From the NCBI GenBank assembly GCA_048882485.1, contig JBHLRP010000042.1:1-28404 (forward strand): 28,404 bases of DNA, read 5' to 3'. The notes under the pieces are model-generated. The model worked only from the letters and a program-made list of their open reading frames with translations. It did not search any database and had not been told where the DNA came from. Below, in pieces: positions 24,823 through 28,404 of the stretch. A program made the position numbers and the translations under genes. Numbering within the stretch: the first letter of the stretch is position 1; each line of letters opens with the position of its first letter. The DNA is from Candidatus Thorarchaeota archaeon. GTDB taxonomy: Archaea > Asgardarchaeota > Thorarchaeia > Thorarchaeales > Thorarchaeaceae.

Positions 24823-25632
24823 ATGAAGCTTAGACTATGCGGAGCTTTGCTGTCCGTTGCATTGCTTATTCCATTTCTCAGTGCCTCGTACGTTTCGGCC
24901 CAAAGCAATCATAGCCTAGAATGGGGAGTGGAAGTAGGTGACGAGATAACATATGTTCTGCAGAGAAAATTGCTCGACGAGACATTTGGCTCATATCTCA
25001 GCGAGTTTATGCCATTCATCTCTGAAGTTGAAGAAGGCCAGAAGATAACCGCGCGAGTCGCACACTTAGATTCTATACCTTCTTTGATTAATGAGTCTTG
25101 GCAGATGCCAGGATCCAATTGCACATTGATTCGCCAAAATGACTCTGAGGTCATTATGGAAGACATGTTTCTGGTAGTTGTGCCTATTGGTGATTGGAAT
25201 TTTTCAAGTGAACTGGGTGGATTCGGATTCTTTGGAAGTGTCAATGAATCAGAAGCGCCTAGCAACTTCACAGCTTTTGATGACATTGAACTAGTAGACA
25301 CTGATACCAGTTGGGGCACTGTGATTGACACCTCGTTCGTCTTCGGAATATTCCTCATCTCTATCTACATGGAGATGCTCTACGAGAAGGTCAATGGCAC
25401 CTTGACAAACATGCGAATGCGGGTCAATTTTGCTGGAAATAACATGATAGATCTCGTGTTCACTCAGTGGTATCCAGGGATAATGCTCATTCTTCTTCCA
25501 GAGTTACAGCTTCTCACAATTGGCCTCATTTCCACAGGAGTGATAATCATAGTTCTCATAGCTTTCTTCTACAGGCGTCGACGTATGCGTAGGGCTCTTT
25601 CTGTTGCAGCTTCAGAGGGACATGGTGAGTAA
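24823..25632 (+). CDS. Hypothetical secreted, membrane-anchored protein
   Basis: Signal peptide (MKLRLCGALLSVALLIP...VSA), LEWGVEVGDEITY start of the mature domain, N-glycosylation sequons, C-terminal TM followed by RRRRMRR. Confidence 0.8.
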   Translation: MKLRLCGALLSVALLIPFLSASYVSAQSNHSLEWGVEVGDEITYVLQRKLLDETFGSYLSEFMPFISEVEEGQKITARVAHLDSIPSLINESWQMPGSNCTLIRQNDSEVIMEDMFLVVVPIGDWNFSSELGGFGFFGSVNESEAPSNFTAFDDIELVDTDTSWGTVIDTSFVFGIFLISIYMEMLYEKVNGTLTNMRMRVNFAGNNMIDLVFTQWYPGIMLILLPELQLLTIGLISTGVIIIVLIAFFYRRRRMRRALSVAASEGHGE

Positions 25633-25635
25633 TCT

Positions 25636-25986
25636 ATGAAACCTAGGGATACTGAGATGCGTCAAATTGAATGCACAAGGGCAATATGCGAGGTCACGGT
25701 CCAAGTAGGCGAGCGCTTCTTCTACCTGTTTCATAGACATGGCTCTGTGGGTGAAGACGCCGAGTTTGAGATTGACGATGACACGGTCATCTATCTGGAG
25801 GATACCGAAACCGAGTATGTCAATCCAGAGAATATGAAGAAGCCAGGATGGACCGGTGGCGATGCTGAGAGAGGAAGGTGGATCTTCAGAGCGCTACGCC
25901 CAGGAAAAGCAACACTCACCATTCGGATATTGTTCAGATTCGAGGTTGAAGAGGAGCGACTCATAGACTTCACTGTGGTCTTCTAA
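25636..25986 (+). CDS. Hypothetical protein, possible chagasin/I42 protease-inhibitor-like Ig fold
   Basis: About 110 aa; VTVQVGERF...HGSVG...PGWTGGD...WIFRALRPGKATLTI...FTVV resembles the chagasin beta-sandwich pattern. Confidence 0.6.
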   Translation: MKPRDTEMRQIECTRAICEVTVQVGERFFYLFHRHGSVGEDAEFEIDDDTVIYLEDTETEYVNPENMKKPGWTGGDAERGRWIFRALRPGKATLTIRILFRFEVEEERLIDFTVVF

Positions 25987-26732
25987 TCCTTTCTGGCCCA
26001 TACATAGGTGTAGCCAGCAGCATAGTCTAGCTTCTCTTCTTCAGAAAAAGCCTGCTGGAGGGCTTTCAGCCCCTCTTGATAGTCGCGCTCAGAAATCTTG
26101 TGTAGCATCGAGTAGCCCTTCCGGGATACAGTTTCTAGGTATTCTTCACCAAGAATAACAGGGGCGAACTTATACTGATTTGACCATACGCGATTGAGTC
26201 CGGCTGATTTCATATGCTCTTTAATCTCAGGAATGTCTGGATAACGCTCCTTGTCAATAGCAACAGTTGAAGGAAAGAACCTCGAGGTCATCCGTGCTTC
26301 TATTTGCCTATGGGACTGTGTGACTATGCACATTAAGCCGCTGCTAAGAATCCTCCCCATTTCATGGATAGCTGAGGCGACATTCGGAAGGTGATGAACA
26401 ACTTCAGTCATAAAGACCATGTCGAATGTGTCAGAGGGGAACGGCATCTTGTCGGCTGGCGCATGAACCAGTGAGATGACATCAGCCTTTGACTTGGCTT
26501 TTGCAAGCATACCCCATGACAAATCAAGACCAACCATCTGTGCTCCGGTGGACTTCTGGAAGAGCAAGGTGTTGTTTGCAGTTCCGCAACCAACATCCAG
26601 AATCAGTGACTCTGAATGAGGGGAGAACTCTTCAAGGAGATGAAATATCATCTCAGGGTCACCCATTCGGACCTCATCATATACTTTGGAAAGAGAGTCG
26701 TAATTGATGCTCTTCTCATTTCCTCCTTTCAT
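25983..26732 (-). CDS. Class I SAM-dependent methyltransferase (UbiE/Methyltransf_11-like)
   Basis: ILDVGCGTA, VGLDLSWGML, ADKMPFPSDTFD, VVHHL. Start re-called to ATG 26732 (26762 also possible). Confidence 0.88.
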   Translation of the reverse strand: MKGGNEKSINYDSLSKVYDEVRMGDPEMIFHLLEEFSPHSESLILDVGCGTANNTLLFQKSTGAQMVGLDLSWGMLAKAKSKADVISLVHAPADKMPFPSDTFDMVFMTEVVHHLPNVASAIHEMGRILSSGLMCIVTQSHRQIEARMTSRFFPSTVAIDKERYPDIPEIKEHMKSAGLNRVWSNQYKFAPVILGEEYLETVSRKGYSMLHKISERDYQEGLKALQQAFSEEEKLDYAAGYTYVWARKD

Positions 26733-26775
26733 GATACATCTAGCACCATAGTCAGTTCGCATTTGAAGACAGCGG

Positions 26776-28167
26776 TCAGATGGCACCAAGAGGAGAGGCT
26801 TCAAAGAAGCATGAATGCACTGCTTTGATTGCCTGCTCCATGTGCTCATGTCGTACGATGAAATAGTACGCCACCTCTGAGGCACCTGAAGAGATCATCT
26901 CGACATTGATGTCCTCCTGAGCCACAGCAGAGAAGACCTTGGCCGCTAATCCCTTAGTCGTCGAGAGACCCTCACCTACGACAGCTATCAGAGCCACATC
27001 TTCTTTGAGTTCGAGTCGCTCGATGACTCCATCGACTAGTGGTATCAGAGCATCTCGTGCCCTCTGAGAGTCCTGTTGATCAAGCAGGAGGTTTATGCAA
27101 GTCTGAGAGGTTATCACCGAGTAGATATTGATGTTCTGGCTTGCAAGAGTCTGGCCAATTTCCCCAATTATGCCAGGTTTGTAGCCCACACCACCACCAT
27201 GGATTCTGAGCACTGAGATGTCAACGTTTGATGTCACACTCTTGATGACATCATCCTTCGTCTCACCCTGCCTTCTGATGAGCGTTCCAATGCTCTTGGG
27301 GGAATGGACATTCCGGATTCGAATATGTACATCCTTCCCTGATAGCGGTTCAGTAGTCCGAGGATGCAGAATCTTTGCTCCGAAGTATGACAGCTCCGCA
27401 GCTTCTCCATATGACAAGGTGGCGATATTCTGGGCGTTAGGGATTAGATTTGGGTCAGCGGTCATGAAACCGTCAACATCTTTCCAGATGTCTATTCCCC
27501 CTGCATCGAGAGCGCTGGCGATTACAGCTGCGCTGTAGTCAGTTCCATTTCTGCCAAAAGATGCAGTCTTCCCTTCAGGATTACAGCCAAAGAACCCTGT
27601 GACTACTGGTACTGTGCCTTCATTGAGGACTGGCAAGAGTGAGTCTTGGAGATTCGTCCTTACGAGAGGCAGATTAGCAGTGGCATTTTCGCAGGCAGGA
27701 AAGGTGACTATGCCTATCCTATCCGACTCATAAGCCTCTGAAGATAGGCCGGCTTCCTGAAGCACCCGGGCTAAGACGGATGCTGACATCCGCTCTCCCT
27801 GGCTCAGGATCAATATCCTGACTGTGTCAATGAGCTCTCCTGTATAGGCCACTCCGAACAGTAGACGCTCAAGCTTCTTGAGATGGGGCTCTAGGTCATT
27901 TATGGCTCTCCTACGTGCCTCTGGATTCTCAATTGCTTCTCTAATGATCTGATGATGGATGCTTCGAATCTCATCAACTCGTTGAGGAATCTCCGTTTCA
28001 GATGCGAGAGCTGCTTCAGAGGCTTCAGCCAGAAGGTCTGTGATGCCGTATATTGCAGATATCACAGCAACAATAGGCTCCGAATACTCTGACTTCACAA
28101 TCTCAGCCACTCGTATGAATCCCAGAGGGTTTCTGAGACACCCACCTCCGAACTTCAACACCCGCAT
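26776..28167 (-). CDS. lysC: Aspartate kinase with two ACT domains
   Basis: VLKFGG, VISAIYGITD, SQGERMS, VPVVTGF, GRNGTDYSA, WKDVDGFMTADP, LSYGEAAELSYFGAKILHP, two ACT domains. GGAGGTGA SD. Confidence 0.93.
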   Translation of the reverse strand: MRVLKFGGGCLRNPLGFIRVAEIVKSEYSEPIVAVISAIYGITDLLAEASEAALASETEIPQRVDEIRSIHHQIIREAIENPEARRRAINDLEPHLKKLERLLFGVAYTGELIDTVRILILSQGERMSASVLARVLQEAGLSSEAYESDRIGIVTFPACENATANLPLVRTNLQDSLLPVLNEGTVPVVTGFFGCNPEGKTASFGRNGTDYSAAVIASALDAGGIDIWKDVDGFMTADPNLIPNAQNIATLSYGEAAELSYFGAKILHPRTTEPLSGKDVHIRIRNVHSPKSIGTLIRRQGETKDDVIKSVTSNVDISVLRIHGGGVGYKPGIIGEIGQTLASQNINIYSVITSQTCINLLLDQQDSQRARDALIPLVDGVIERLELKEDVALIAVVGEGLSTTKGLAAKVFSAVAQEDINVEMISSGASEVAYYFIVRHEHMEQAIKAVHSCFFEASPLGAI

Positions 28168-28404
28168 CAGGTCACCTCCCCATATTTCTTCAATAACCCC
28201 TTGGCATAGGCATATTCTGCATTGAGCACTGATGCGCCTGCTGCCCCTCTAATTGTGTTATGAACCAAGAGGAAGAATGACAGTCGATTGTCCTGACTTC
28301 GAAGTCGTCCTATCTTCACATCCATACCTTTGCCGGCCTCTGTCACCGAGATGTCACGCCTCGGCTGTGGTCGATCTTGTTCCTCAAGTAGGGTGATAGG
28401 TTTC
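28167..28404 (-). CDS. asd: Aspartate-semialdehyde dehydrogenase, C-terminal part (archaeal/fungal type; runs off the right edge; not in the ORF track)
   Basis: Hand translation KPITLLEEQDRPQPRRD...GMDVKIGRLR...LVHNTIRGAAGASVLNAEYAYAKG...*. The TGA stop overlaps the lysC ATG (TGATG). Confidence 0.93.
   Translation of the reverse strand, partial: KPITLLEEQDRPQPRRDISVTEAGKGMDVKIGRLRSQDNRLSFFLLVHNTIRGAAGASVLNAEYAYAKGLLKKYGEVT

Noticed and set aside
26763-26885. Long N-terminal extension of the methyltransferase
   Set aside because: Overlaps the lysC 3' end in another frame; not methyltransferase-like.
1-28404. tRNA/rRNA genes, CRISPR arrays, selenocysteine readthrough, frameshifted pseudogenes, and remaining short overlapping ORFs
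   Set aside because: By eye, intergenic gaps are short with no cloverleaf or repeat-spacer pattern. Cys-motif proteins have no in-frame TGA at motif positions. The main ORFs look full length, and the remaining short ORFs overlap well-supported genes. tRNAscan-SE and Infernal runs would be needed to exclude small RNAs fully.

Overview
Archaeal chromosomal window, gene-dense and mostly housekeeping or accessory. Gene content (ABCE1/RLI, PriL, archaeal-type asd, small Toprim, Mut7-C, DUF763, COG5014 radical SAM), GGTGA/GGAGG ribosome-binding motifs and single-pass secreted hypotheticals suggest an Asgard archaeon, probably Thorarchaeia; the taxon is inference only. Two edge-truncated genes absent from the ORF track were read by hand: ABCE1/RLI (<1..887, -) and asd (28167..>28404, -). 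In between lie: a YkgJ-PHP-amidohydrolase-Mut7-C run; OsmC; Zn-ADH and Toprim; a four-gene MacB/FtsX-type (type VII) ABC cluster; mobB; an OGG1-like glycosylase; a thioredoxin-like/Zn-ribbon/priL run; AlkD-DUF3795-DUF763-MBL-TPR; TPR-radical SAM; HAD; a membrane protein with a chagasin-like gene; a methyltransferase; and aspartokinase. Three observations stand out. (1) An unannotated box C/D guide sRNA at about 2049-2121 has canonical K-turn geometry and a guide complementary to a conserved 16S rRNA motif. (2) ABCE1 naturally lacks the 6th of its 8 Fe-S cysteines, which predicts a [3Fe-4S] site. (3) A double-permease, double-ATPase type VII ABC system has a second ATPase carrying an AbrB-like segment and a zinc ribbon. 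No tRNA, rRNA, CRISPR array or intact mobile element was seen. All family assignments come from motif recognition by eye, not database searches.
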